A DNA stretch of 39,098 nucleotides from Phoronis australis (taxonomy: Eukaryota; Animalia; Phoronida). The DNA is taken from the NCBI GenBank assembly GCA_002633005.1, contig NMRA01000101.1, positions 780,964-820,061 on the forward strand, read 5' to 3'. Under the pieces are notes generated by a model. It did no database searches and was not told the origin of the DNA. It saw only the letters and a program-made list of their open reading frames with translations. Of this stretch, positions 13,022 to 24,971 are shown piece by piece (the stretch's first letter is position 1; the number at the start of each line of letters is the position of its first letter). The position numbers and the translations under genes were made by a program.

Positions 13022-15184
13022 TATAAGTCTGACAGTGTTTGCAGCCTCCCCACTATGTGACGCATGTATCTATCGGTGTGATTGGCTGTTGCTTGACCTC
13101 TGAACAGTGGTCATTCATTTTCTGACCCAGATCAAAGCCAAAGCCAGGTCAAGCAGCACTGGTCGGATATAGGGCTATACTGAGGGGCCACAGTTACCGG
13201 GGCCATTATAACCGACCAGTGCCAGTTCAAACACCATGTAGATCAACACAAACAAAACCTACAACAGGCAGGTCACCTAGAAAATCTACGCTTCTATGTA
13301 ATGGCGTACAAAGTATTCCCTTCTTTAGTCATAATGCAAACTATGTTGCAACAGATGGTGATGGACCAGTCAGAAGAGATGGTCAATCAGACACTTTTAG
13401 TCTCTTGAGTTCAAGAGCTTCGTCAAGTGCAATGCTTTTGCGTGACATTAAATACAGTTATACAGTTTCACACTCACAGCTGCAAGCCCTTAAAAGAGGG
13501 TCGTGGTTCTTGAGAAAGCAGAAAGACGTCTGTCCGTAAAAAATAGTCTGTACTCCAATCAACTCCACAGCCACAACTTTGAAAATGGCTGCTATCCTGA
13601 CTCACCCACAGCAAGTCAAGTGAGTCGACAAATGACGTACTTTCAAACGAATGTTTATGAGTGGTAATACTTTGTGGTTCAATAAAAGCTACATTTTCTC
13701 ACATTGAAATGTTTTTGCACCAAATATTAGGAAAATATACTTTTTAATGTCTAAATTTATAATATAGTTTCTTTGCCAAGGAGAATTTTACTAACGTGTG
13801 ATGGAAGCGCAACCTATTGTAAAAGTCATGAGTTGACGGACTCGCCGCAAAGACCGTGACGTCGGTCGTAGACAAGAGCGTTGTCCTACCGACTGAATTT
13901 TGATCGAGTAGGCTACGTGTTGTATTTACGCCTATCAAATCAAACCTAATTTCATTGCTTCATTTTCATTTTGTGATTTTTGTTCACAATGGAGTCTTCA
14001 GGCGAGACCCTTGACTTACAGTTAGTCCTGAAAACCAGGAGATTCATTCTCGCCCGTTTTTAGTTCATCATAATATATATGATTGAAGTTTCCAACTCCA
14101 CGCCCTCAAGTCCACGGACCAATTTAGAGGACTAACGGCCATGTCATTTTTTGTCCTTTTTCGCTTTCAGTTTTAATGGGCGTCAATGTGAAATTATTCT
14201 TGCGCTCTTAATGACGGTAGCGCCCCAAAATTACTCCTGCTGAAGCAAACAAGTACAATTTATATATATTTCCAACAACTTTCAGAACTGATAGATATGG
14301 ACGTTTACTTTTAAATCCGGTTCGTGACATGTTTAAGAGTTCCGGAAGAAGCCAAGTCCACATTCTCGCTTATACCCTTAGTATTTATCAAGCTGCCGAA
14401 GGCAAAAAAAGTCTTAGATTATCCTAACCCGCCCCCGGAATGCAGCGAGAGTAGACCAGCGACATGGATACGATTTGATGCAATCCCAAAATACAAATTG
14501 AACTTTCAAAAGGCGGAGACAAATATAACGAAGCTGAATATATCGATGAATAATTAGTATATTTCTTTAATTTTTGGAGTCATTAAAAACACCCGTCGTG
14601 GTAAAAATCAAGAAAGGGATCGAACGAAATATAGTTTTAAACGAAGCATTGTGCTCAACACAATTAGAAAAGTAAAACGTAACGACTCGTCAAGTTTTAA
14701 AGTCATCATAATGCAATTTTCGTAGTCAAACAATCAATAAAAAACAGAAAGATCCTGGCTTGAGCCGGCACGCCTCGCCAACTGCTCCACGACGTGGTGC
14801 GTTAACATCCGTCAGACCCATCCGCTAATGTTCCTTTGTAATAATATCTCTCAACAAATCAGTCTCTGAAAAAGTATCATTAAATGTCATCACTGGTGAA
14901 TAGATCGAATACATGACATGTCGCAACAAAACCGTAGAGTGGATGCAACTGAACTCCACGTATAAATCCTATTTGTCAATGTCGTAGTTTAACCGTGGTT
15001 TTAGAATCTGGTAGGTTCAGTTTTGCTTCAGTGTAACCCGAATATAACACAGTAACTCAGCCGTGAAATCAGTTTTGGTAAATAACGCTATATTTTCTTG
15101 AAACCATTGATGCTGCTGTAACAAATTAAAACTGACTCGCCAGGCTTGCCATATATGTCGGAAGGAAACATTTGGAAAACAAAT

Positions 15185-15265
15185 TGTAAACAAGTTCTAG
15201 TTCCTGGAAAGGTAAAGGTCGCGAATGGAATAAATGGCACCAACATACATCGCGATCAGTATAAA
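15185..15265 (+). promoter_or_regulatory. Proximal promoter of copy 1: Forkhead-like TGTAAACA, GAS/STAT-like TTCCTGGAA, TATA box
   Basis: TGTAAACA 15185-15192, TTCCTGGAA 15201-15209, TATAAA 15260-15265 (46 bp before the ATG); same layout in all four copies. Confidence 0.65.
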
Positions 15266-15305
15266 TAGCGAGTTTTCTAAACAACAGGTTAGACTTTGCT
15301 CCAAA

Positions 15306-16062
15306 ATGAGGTGTCCAGTTCTCGTGGCGTGGTTCTTGGCGTCCTTTATTACCGTATCTGGTGACACGTGTTTCTACGGTAAGCTGTGGTTGAAGGCTCT
15401 TAATAGAATCGTTTTCCCATCAATGCGTATAAATTGCGAATTTTCCCAGATTGATTACTGAAATGTCAACAGGTAGATCTACTTTACATAACGTACTGCT
15501 TGTGGCACAAGGAAGGTAGGCGAATCTTTTCGTCACCTACAACCTGCGTGAGTAGCAAAGCAAACGAATTCTCAATTCTCATATTTATTGCGTTTTGAAT
15601 TTCTTATCAGTGCTACATGCGGTATTAGTAAAAAACAGGAACGTCGTCTGTCTTGCATTTTACCGCACCAAATTCCTTCATTTGACAGTCCTTAATGAAG
15701 TAACTGATTCTGTTGATAAGAAAAAATAAATGCTACCGATAATAGTTGTTTCGTGAGTACAATCGGATGAACGTTGAAGCATGCAGAGTTTCAAAAAATT
15801 GAATTAAACTGCAAGCACTATGTCTTTCAGATAAACTTGAGGAAATTGAAGCACGCTTACAGGTAAGTTCTCATTCTTCGTGAGCAAGACATCTTTCTAG
15901 TCATATTACACGAGCAATGACGATAGATACTTGACCACTTGGATATTCTTTGATTAGCTCATGTTGAACCCAAAATTATTAATAATTTACTTAAAGCCCT
16001 ATTTCCTGGCAATAGTCATTTATGTTTTGTTGTTATTTTCAGAAGGTGGAGTCACACGCCAG
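15306..16062 (+). CDS. Collagen-less CTHRC1-like gene, copy 1, partial (exons 1-3 only); truncated paralog or allelic assembly duplicate of copy 2
   Basis: Exons 15306-15378, 15831-15862 and 16043-16062 give MRCPVLVAWFLASFITVSGDTCFY-DKLEEIEARLQ-KVESHA. Near-identical to copy 2; the similarity stops exactly at the N at 16201. Confidence 0.75.
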
Positions 16063-16201
16063 GTAGGTTTTCAACACACCTGTTCAGTCGTATAGTGTAT
16101 ACAATTTGTGCAACGTCCTAAAACAATTTTGTCGAACCACATTCGTATCTTTATTTGAATTCAAATTCACAAGTTGTTTTAAACAAACTTTTCTGGCTCC
16201 N

Positions 16202-17824
16202 TATTTCAGATATCGGCGCTTCATTGACATCTTTGACTCCTCCCTTCATTAAATAGGAGGCATATGTCTTCTTCTAACTTTCTTCCGTCTGGGACATCTA
16301 CGCTTATTAACTCTGAGAAGAAGCTGATAAGTGTCCCAGATGAGTCTTTCATTAGGATTTCCAGAGGCCTCCCTTTCCTAAACAGTGCTGCTGTGACGTC
16401 ACACCCTGTCATTGCATGCAATTTTCAGGCAATGCTGCAGCGAGACCCCTTGTTGCCGAAACACATCGTTGTTTATATATTTATTTAAATAGCATTGGGA
16501 CTCCACCACGTGGCTGCGCACCAAATTAGAGGTGATTTGTATTTTATCACGGAAGACATTATGTCGGCCATCGACAAATGACTCCGCGAAACTAAAACAT
16601 TGCAAACACTATACACTACACTGAATTTCGACATCATGTAAAAATTTCTTCAAAAAGGTACAACTAGGCGAGTTTTAACTGTCTTACATCTTGACACCCG
16701 TCTGCTTTTCGCTTGTAGCGATCATGAGAGTAAACACAGGCTTCAGTGAGCGAAAGTTTTTAATAATTAGTTTTTGCTTCCTGCGGTCCCGCTTTTTGCA
16801 GTTAACTTATTAAATACACAACTTTTGTCACCAATTGTTTACTTCGATTTTCGTGGTGCAATTTTTAATATCTTGTTGTCCAGTTGTTTGGATTTCCCAC
16901 CCGAGTACTTAAACTAGCAGGGGAAAGCTGCATGAACGATTGTACCTCCATTTTTTAAGGTCCTTTCTGGGTTTTTGGCAGACTATTTCCGAGTAAAATT
17001 TGTCTTTCAAAGGTCATTGCGTTTTCAGTGCAGCACGATTGTTGGTTTTAAATCAGTTTAAGCCGATACCTTGAAAATCTAACTGTCTCAAAAATGGCAA
17101 ACCGTGCTTGAGATTTTTGGGGGTTTCTGCCAGGGACAATCCAGAGTGTATATTGTCTGCCGGTCATAGGGCATTTAGTGACCTGTGACATGTATTGAAT
17201 CTCATGTAATTGTTTTTGTGGTATCTCGATTGTATGTGCTAGTTCATTTTTGGGGGGTGTTTTTTGGTTTCTGCCGGACCCATTCCAGAGTGCAGTTTGT
17301 CTGTCATGGGTCATTCAATGTTCAGTGCGGTACTATTGTTTGGCCGGTACCTCGAAAATCTAGTCTAGATCAAATTTTGGTGGCATACCGTGGTTGAGAT
17401 TTTTGGGGGTTTCTGCCGGGCACAAACCAGAGTGTAATTTGTCTGTCATAGGGGTTTTAGTGATCTGTGACATGTATTGGATCATATGGAATTGGTTTTT
17501 ATGTGGTACCTCGAATGTATGTGCTAGCTCATTTTTGGGGGGTCCTTTTTTGGTTTCTGCCGGACCCATTCCAGAGTGCAATTTGTCTGTCATGGGTCAT
17601 TTGGTGTTCAGTGCGGTACTATTCTTCGTTTTAAATCAGTTTTGGTTGCTACCTCGAATATCTAGTCTAGCTTATTTTTTGGGCTGTTTGTAAGGCCCCC
17701 AGGGGTCACACCCAGAGTGCAGACAACGTCCATTTCTGTACATACTGAGGTGGACTTTAAATGCTCCCGTGGTCAGATGTTGGTACCTCGTTCATCTATA
17801 CTAAGTGCTCTGGGCTGCCGGTCT
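16202..17824 (-). mobile_element. One end of an Academ (AcademX-like) DNA transposon with a decayed XPG/H3TH coding fragment
   Basis: Minus-strand LHAMTGCDVTAALFRKG...; frameshifted VKDVNEA-RY (16202-16425). Long subterminal repeats (about 16950-17820) end in GCTGCCGGTCTA, matching the termini of the element at 19660-21359. Confidence 0.65.
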
Positions 17825-18069
17825 AAGTGGATGCAACTGAACGTATAAATCCTATTTGTCAATGTCATAGTTTAACCGTGGTTTTAGAATCTGGTAGGTT
17901 CAGTTTTGCTTCAGTGTAACCCGAATATAACACAGTAACTCAGCCGTGAAATCATAGTTTTGGTAAATAACGCTTTATTTTCTTGAAACCATTGATGCTG
18001 CTGTAACAAATTAAAACTGACTCGCCAGGCTTGCCATATATGTCGGAAGGAAACATTTGGAAAACAAAT

Positions 18070-18150
18070 TGTAAACAAGTTCTAGTTCCTGGAAAGATAA
18101 AGGTCGCGAATGGAATAAATAGCACCAACATACATCGCGATCAGTATAAA
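18070..18150 (+). promoter_or_regulatory. Proximal promoter of copy 2 (TGTAAACA, TTCCTGGAA, TATA box)
   Basis: TTCCTGGAA 18086-18094; TATAAA 18145-18150, 46 bp upstream of the ATG at 18191. Confidence 0.65.
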
Positions 18151-18190
18151 TAGCGAGTTTTCTAAACAACAGGTTAGACTTTGCTCCAAA

Positions 18191-21100
18191 ATGAGGTGTC
18201 CAGTTCTCGTGGCGTGGTTCGTGGCGTCCTTTATTACCGTATCTGGTGACACGTGTTTCTACGGTAAGCTGTGGTTGAAGGCTCTTAATAGAATCGTTTC
18301 CCCATCAATGCGTATAAATGGCGAATTTTCCAAGATAGATTACTGAAATGTCAACAGGTAGGTCTACTTTACATAACGTACTGCTTGTGGCACAAGGAAG
18401 GTAGGCGAATCTTTTCGTCACCTACAATCTGTGTCAGTAGCAAAGCAAACGAATTCTCAATTCTCATATTTGTTGCGTTTTGAATTTCTTATCAGTGCTA
18501 CATGCGGTCTTAGTAAAAAACAGGAACGTCGTCTGTCTTGCATTTTACCGCACCAAATTCCTTCATTTGACAGTCCTTAATGAAGTAACTGATTCTGTTG
18601 ATAAGAAAAAATAAATGCTACCGATAATAGTTGTTTCGTGAGTACAATCAGATGAACGTTGAAGCATGCAGAGTTTCAAAAAATTGAATTAAAGTGCAAG
18701 CACTATGTCTTTCAGATAAACTTGAGGAAATTGAAGCACGCTTACAGGTAAGTTCTCATTCTTCGTGAGCAAGATATCTTTCTAGTCATATTACACGAGC
18801 AATGACGATAGATACTTGACCACTTGGATATTCTTTGATTAGCTCATGTTGAACCCAAAATTATTAATAATTTACTTAAAGCCCTATTTCCTGGCAATAG
18901 TCATTTATGTTTTGTTGTTATTTTCAGAAGGTGGAGTCACACGCCAGGTAGGTTTTCAACACACCTGTTCAGTCGTATAGTGTATACAATTTGTGCAACG
19001 TCCTAAAACAATTTTGTCGAACCACATTCGTATCTTTATTTGAATTCAAATTCACAAGTTGTTTTAAACAAACTTTTCTGGCTCCGAGGTTTAAATCTCT
19101 GTCATTCGAAAATCGACTAGAAAACTAACGTTTTGATATCGTTGGTCTGAACTCAATTGTGTATCAGACCGAAGCGTCTGAACTGTACTGAGTAATCGTC
19201 GGTGTGCCCATAATAAGTTTGTTGTTTACTAGAATTACACATGAATTTCCGAGCAACTTTCAATCCAAAATCTTCTCATATTATCTGACATTCCTTTGAA
19301 ATATAGGCATTTCATAATCTGATAAGTATCGCTTCTACGAACAAAAAATTCGTAAGCGTATTGTAAGTTAGCCAGCCAGCTAGCTGTATGAAGACTGTCG
19401 TCAAAATACATTTAGTATACAGCTTTGCGCAAAGGCTAATTGTAAGTTAGAAGAAATTTTCAGACTAAATAATTTGACGCGTTATTGTCAACTGGCATAT
19501 TTCTGCGATTTGATCACGCGTGTGTTATTGCACGTGTTAGCAATGTTTTAGGAGTTGGCATCACCTCCATGTATAGTCTTGTCTTGTCTTTTAGAAACAT
19601 CGAACATTATCATTGGAAAGACCTAAACCTGGAAACTGATCAAGGGCAAATCAAGGTAATAGGCCAGCAGCTCAGAGTACTTAGCATAGATGAACGATGT
19701 ACCAGCATCTGACCATAGGAACGCTTAGAGTCCATCTCAGGAAGCCCCTACATACAAAAATGGACGTTTACCGTTGTCAGCAATCTGGATGCGACCCCTG
19801 GGGACCTTACAAGGGGGCCAAAAATAAGCTAGATTAGATATTCGAGGTACCGGCCAAAACTGATTTAAAACGAACAATAGTACCGCACTGAACACCAAAC
19901 GACCCATGACAAACAATGCACTCTGGAATGAGTCCGGTAGAAACCAAGAATGACCCCCCAAAAATGAGTTAGCTCATACATTCGGGGTACCACAAAAAAA
20001 CAATCCCATATGATTCAATACATGTCACAGATCACTAAATGTACCATGACAGACAAAATACAATATGGGTTGTGCCCGCCACAAACCCCTAAAATGTCAA
20101 ATTTGAGGTAGATTAGGTATTCGAGGAACCAGCTGTATTTAAACAAACTGTGCCACAATAAACACCGAATGACCCATGACGGACAAATTGCTCTCGGAAA
20201 GTGTCCCACAGAAACTCAAAAAGGGCCCGAAAAAATGAAGTAGCTCATATATACCACGTGACTGAATATATGTCACTGATAAATAAATGCCCCATGACAG
20301 ACAAAATACACTTCGTGGGTTTTGCTAGGCAGAAACACCCAAAAATGTCACCAACCGTATGTCATTGAAAATTTGAGCTAGAGTAGATATTCGAGGTAGG
20401 CCTACCAGCTAAAATTGATTTAAAACCAACAAATTTACAGCACTGAGCAATGAATGACCCATGACAGACACTGCCCTCTTGAAAGGGTCGCCAGAAACTC
20501 AAAACGACCACTGCTGTAGTGGTAAACTTATAGGTAAATAGGCTCCCAAAGCCCACCGTATCACCTTGAGTACTGAACGTAACTTGCGGTGCGTAGGCGC
20601 TACGTTCAAACGCCAAAAGGTGGTTGGCTGCGCCTACATGTGCCCCAGTACAGCACTGAAAATGACGCCCAAAAAGAAGCTAGCTCATACATTCGGGGTA
20701 CCCTAATTAACAATTCCATGTGAATCAAACAGAAGTTACTGGTTAACAAACGGTCTGTGACAGACAAAATCAAGAATGTCGATAAGGAAGGTGTTTTCAC
20801 GTGCTTAGTTTGCAGTTCATGGCGAATTCTTGTACTTCCGTAATACTTTCGCGTTTTTATCTGTTTTAGCTGTTTCTTCGAATATCTAATCCAGCTCAAA
20901 TTTCCAATGCCATACCGTGATTGACAGTTGGTGGGGGGAGGGGGGGTTCTGGCGGGCACAACCCAGAGTCATTTTATCTGTCATGGGGCATTTAGTGATC
21001 AGTGACATGTATTGAATCACATGGAATTGGTTTTGTATGGTACCTCGAATATATGAGCTAGCTCATTTTTGAGGGTCGTTTTTGGTTGCCGGACCCATTC

Positions 21101-22151
21101 CACAGAGCAAATTGTCTATCATGGGTGATTCGATGTTCATTGCGGTACTATTGTCCGTTTTAAATCAGTTTTGGCCGGCACCTCGAAAATGTAATCTAGC
21201 TCATTTTGGTCCCCATGTAAGGTCCCCAGGGATCACTCCCAGAGTGCAGACAACGGCAGACGTCCATTTTTGTATGTACTGAAGTAGGCACTAAGTGTTC
21301 CTATGGTCAGATGTTGATACCTCGTTCATCTATGCTAAGTGCTCTCAGCTGCCGGTCTATAACGCTTTATTCCTTCCCGTGGTGAATTCAGACTTTACAA
21401 TTGAAGTAATGTTTCTAACACATCACTTTGTCTATAATGAAATCTCTTTGCTGATTAGTTGAGCATACAAGAATTCGATATATTAAACATTGGTCTACTA
21501 TTTTATTCTACAAAATGGCACTTGCAGGAGGTGAGGTTTTTCAAGAAGAGGATCAACTCAACCTTGAAACTCACGTGGAGCGGAAACTTGAGACAGTTCC
21601 AGTCTCCCAATGTTGGGTGCTGCCGGTGGTTTTTCAAAATCAACAACGAAGAATGTACAAACCCAACAACAATTGATGCACCGATTTACAAAGACAAACC
21701 ATTGAATTTAGATCAGCACGTTACCAGTAAGTACTGTGAATTCCCATTTCCAGAATTCCATTATTCTCTTTATAGCGGGTTGATAACGTTTTGCATATTT
21801 AGTCTATCTTTGGAATGATAGGACCACTAATACACGAACCAATTTTTATGTAAAATACAGACTTTCCGGCAATGCCTGTGTGTGTCCCTATAGAAAAAAT
21901 GTAATGATTTAGGGATAAAATAAATTTAAGTGAACTACTCAGGCAAAATCTGTGTCAAACCATTTGATTTGCGGTTGAACTAGAACAAACATTTAAATAT
22001 CCTATTTTTTGCAGTCGACGGAATGTGTAAGGTGGCACTGGGTGGCATCATACCTGTGAGTTTCAACGTTGGCACGTGTCCTGGGCACGGCGTTTCAAAC
22101 TGCTACACGTGCTGGAATAGTTCCTGTCACGTCATCATTGAAGAAATATGA
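18191..22151 (+). CDS. CTHRC1: Collagen-less CTHRC1-like secreted protein, copy 2 (complete, 6 exons, 173 aa)
   Basis: Exons 18191-18263, 18716-18747, 18928-18947, 19595-19655, 21528-21726, 22015-22151, all GT-AG with phases 1,0,2,0,1. Product: MRCPVLVAWFVASFITVSGDTCFYDKLEEIEARLQKVESHARNIEHYHWKDLNLETDQGQIKEVRFFKKRINSTLKLTWSGNLRQFQSPNVGCCRWFFKINNEECTNPTTIDAPIYKDKPLNLDQHVTIDGMCKVALGGIIPVSFNVGTCPGHGVSNCYTCWNSSCHVIIEEI. Matches the CTHRC1 C-terminal domain motifs (W..LN...D.G.I, NS.L....SG.LR, CC.RW.F..N..EC..P..I.A.IY, G.C, VG.C, WNS...IIEE). Family-level call, not strict orthology. Confidence 0.92.
19660..21359. mobile_element. 1.7-kb non-autonomous Academ-like foldback element in intron 4 of copy 2
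   Basis: Termini TAGGCCAGCAGC...GCTGCCGGTCTA, inverted arms of several hundred bp made of subrepeats, 3-bp TAA duplication (19657-19659 and 21360-21362); absent from the same intron of copy 3. Confidence 0.85.
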
Positions 22152-22189
22152 AACAGTGAACACTTCTCTCAACATCTACAGTACGAAAA

Positions 22190-22765
22190 TTCATCTGGAG
22201 ATTGGTTAGTATCAAGTCCACAAACTACGATTAAAGGAATTAAAGGACTCTGTGCTTTGTGTTGACAAAATTAGGTTTAATTAGGCTTTTAGGTTTTTGG
22301 AGATCCGGCACGTGCTGAAAAGTTTTCACTTAGAAAAGTTCGCCTTTTAGGGTGCAAAACTTTTGTGTTATCCTGACTTCACATATTTTGAAATCGGTTA
22401 CTGGTGCCGCCGCTTAGGAGACCCTCCCTCACATTTTGTATTATTTGTGCTGAGATCATGTTTCGTCAACATAGACATGTATAAGGAACCAATACAGGCT
22501 CATTGCATTTGAAAATGTTGCAGTATGTTGATGTTACCTGAAGGAATTGAATTATGAACAAGTTAGAAGAGGGTGGATCCCCTGCAGTAGGATATTATGA
22601 TGTTGTGATTATTATTCATTTGGTTATATTTGATTCCAGTGTGAGTTAAATGTGAATGTTTTAATATAAAAAACGCTTGCTTGTCAGCATCAAGCATTAG
22701 TTAATACATATTATATGCTTATGTCTGTAATGTTTTGGATGTGAGTGCAATGAACGTATTAAAAA
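22190..22765 (+). mobile_element. Decayed, internally deleted L1/Tx1-type LINE fragment downstream of copy 2
   Basis: Remnants of G.CR.GDP...ICAEI and LQY(V)D (RT GCRQGDPLSP/QYADD region) at about 22390-22535, joined directly to the element's 3' end; homologous to 29190-29605 plus 32340-32562. Left boundary approximate. Confidence 0.6.
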
Positions 22766-24143
22766 TTTTCTCCTACAAAGAGATTCTTATTACCCTATCA
22801 TTCTACGTGTTCAGTACACTTACTATGATTTGTATGAACATCAACGAATTTAATCTGCGTTGAGCAGACTTTTAGTTGTAGGAGTTTTTAAATTTCCCTC
22901 CAAACTTTTAATGGTTGTGATTTGATTTGTATTGTTTCTATTATAATACATTGTGGTTACGTTTTGCAAATGCACCCATCATGGTCAAAAATTCAGAAGA
23001 AAGAAAGGGATGTAGGTTTAAGCCGGTACGCCTCATCACCTTCTCCTGGGCGGGTGGTGTGTTCACGTCATAGACATTAGTATTGTCACCCCTTCCGCTT
23101 TAGTTAATGTTCCTATTGTAGTGTTATCTTTCAAGTAATCAGAAACTGGGAAGAGTACCATTAAATGCCATCATTGGTGAATAGATTCAATACAAGACAT
23201 GTCAGAACAAAACAGGAGTGGATGCAACTGAACTCCACGTATATCTTATTTGTCAACGAGTTAAACCCAGGTTTTAGAGACTGGTACGTTCAGTTTTGCT
23301 TCAATGTAACCCAAATATAGCGCAGTAACACAGCTGTGAAGTTATAGTTTTGGTAAATAACGCCTAGCTTTTGTGAAACCGTTCATGTTGTAGCAAATTA
23401 ACAATGAATTACGTACAGGCCTTCAAAGTGTAGGAAGAAAATGACACGTTTTTGCATACTGAAAACAGCATTTTTCCAATATAAGCAGGTAGATTGCAAG
23501 CAATAAGAGACACATAATAGGATTAGGAAGTAGGACATGAGGACTACTACCTAAAAGTAATACCAATAATTTCGTGAGAGGCAAAATAAATCTGGAAACA
23601 GTTTTTGTAGTGTTGAAAGTGGGTGTCACTCAAGCGCTTCTACAAGTCAGTTTGCGGGGCTGTGAACATTGAAATATAAGTTTATAGACAGATCTTGGAT
23701 CTGTGAACAATCTCTAGACTGGGCTGTTTTCACTTTTATTCTACATATCCTGACCTACCACCCTGTGCAATCCAATAGTTTACTTCATAATTTAATCAAT
23801 CAGGTGTAACTTATTGCTCACAATTCACTTTGGACAACATGGCGACTTTACTGAACTGAAAGACATGTTCAACCTGTTATTTTGTAATCCGAGTGAAGAT
23901 TAAACTATGAATTTGTAGACAAACTGCTACAAAAATCAGTTTCGTAAAATTTTCCGCTGTATAACTATTATGAATCTTCTATTTATTTCAATCTGAAGTG
24001 CCTATTCAATTGACCTTGCACTCAGCTAAAATACTGTTAAGATTGTTTTGAATTCTTTTTTTTGGTTTGAAAGTCAACTTTCGTTCAAGGTATGATTATG
24101 TGTCACAACAGGACATATATTTTTCTAAATTTGATGCATAAAT

Positions 24144-24971
24144 TGGGATTGTTCTAAAACCCCCTCTAACCGCAAACCCCACCACCCCTCGACCCACGAG
24201 CCCCTCGAACCATGATCCCAAACCACGACCCCCTAGACCCACGGCCCACAATACCCCTCGACTCAGTCTGGACAAGCTCGACTTGTTCTGAACATAGAAC
24301 AAGCGCTGACGTGCAGGACCAACGGGTCGGGCAGTGAGATTGGCTGGCTTTTCCCTGTTTTTGCAATTAAAAAGAGTCGATTGGGCAAGTTAAAAGCCAA
24401 AACGAGAAAAAACAACGTGACCAAATCAAATCAAAGACCTGCCAGCGTAACAAATGTTGTTCCCGGCAAAGTGTAATCGTCTCGTCTGCTTTTCAGTGAA
24501 TGGAAGATTCAAGCTTTTTGGAGAGTGCGAGGAATCGACGGATATGTAACTTTTTTCAGTAAATACAGTTTGTTTTTTGAACTGAGTGGTTCATGGAGTA
24601 AACTGCAAACGAGTATACAACAGGAAACAATTAATAAAAATGTGAAATTATGTCCATTCACGTTAACGTACTCTCCCCTAAGTTTAGTACAACGGAGCCG
24701 TTGGTATCCGCTCGAGGAACTATTTCCGTGACAACGATAGCGCGCTCGCAATTCGCTTTTTTGGGTCATGTTCTTACGCCACTTTGTAAGTAAGTCTGAT
24801 GATGGGAAAGTCAATCAGCGACGTAATATGATTATGAAATGTGTAAAATGCGCAAAAGTTTATCTATTACCACAGGTCGTGGGTGGAGGGAGTTGTGGGT
24901 CGAGGGGTTGTGAATCGAGGTCCCAGGGGGTTGTGGTGTGTCGGGGTCGAGGGGGTCTTAGAACAATCCCA
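24144..24971. mobile_element. Non-autonomous TIR element with GC-rich subterminal repeats (CCCCTCGACCCACG)
   Basis: TGGGATTGTTCTAAAACCCCCTC at the left is the near reverse complement of GAGGGGGTCTTAGAACAATCCCA at the right; flanks TAAAT/TAAAG. Confidence 0.75.

Noticed and set aside
15234-15305. In-frame upstream ATG extending copy 1
   Set aside because: Lies upstream of the TATA box and is ATA in copy 2.
17048-17693. Several 70-99 aa ORFs, with similar ones at 19737-21282
   Set aside because: Chance frames in the subterminal repeats of the Academ-like elements.
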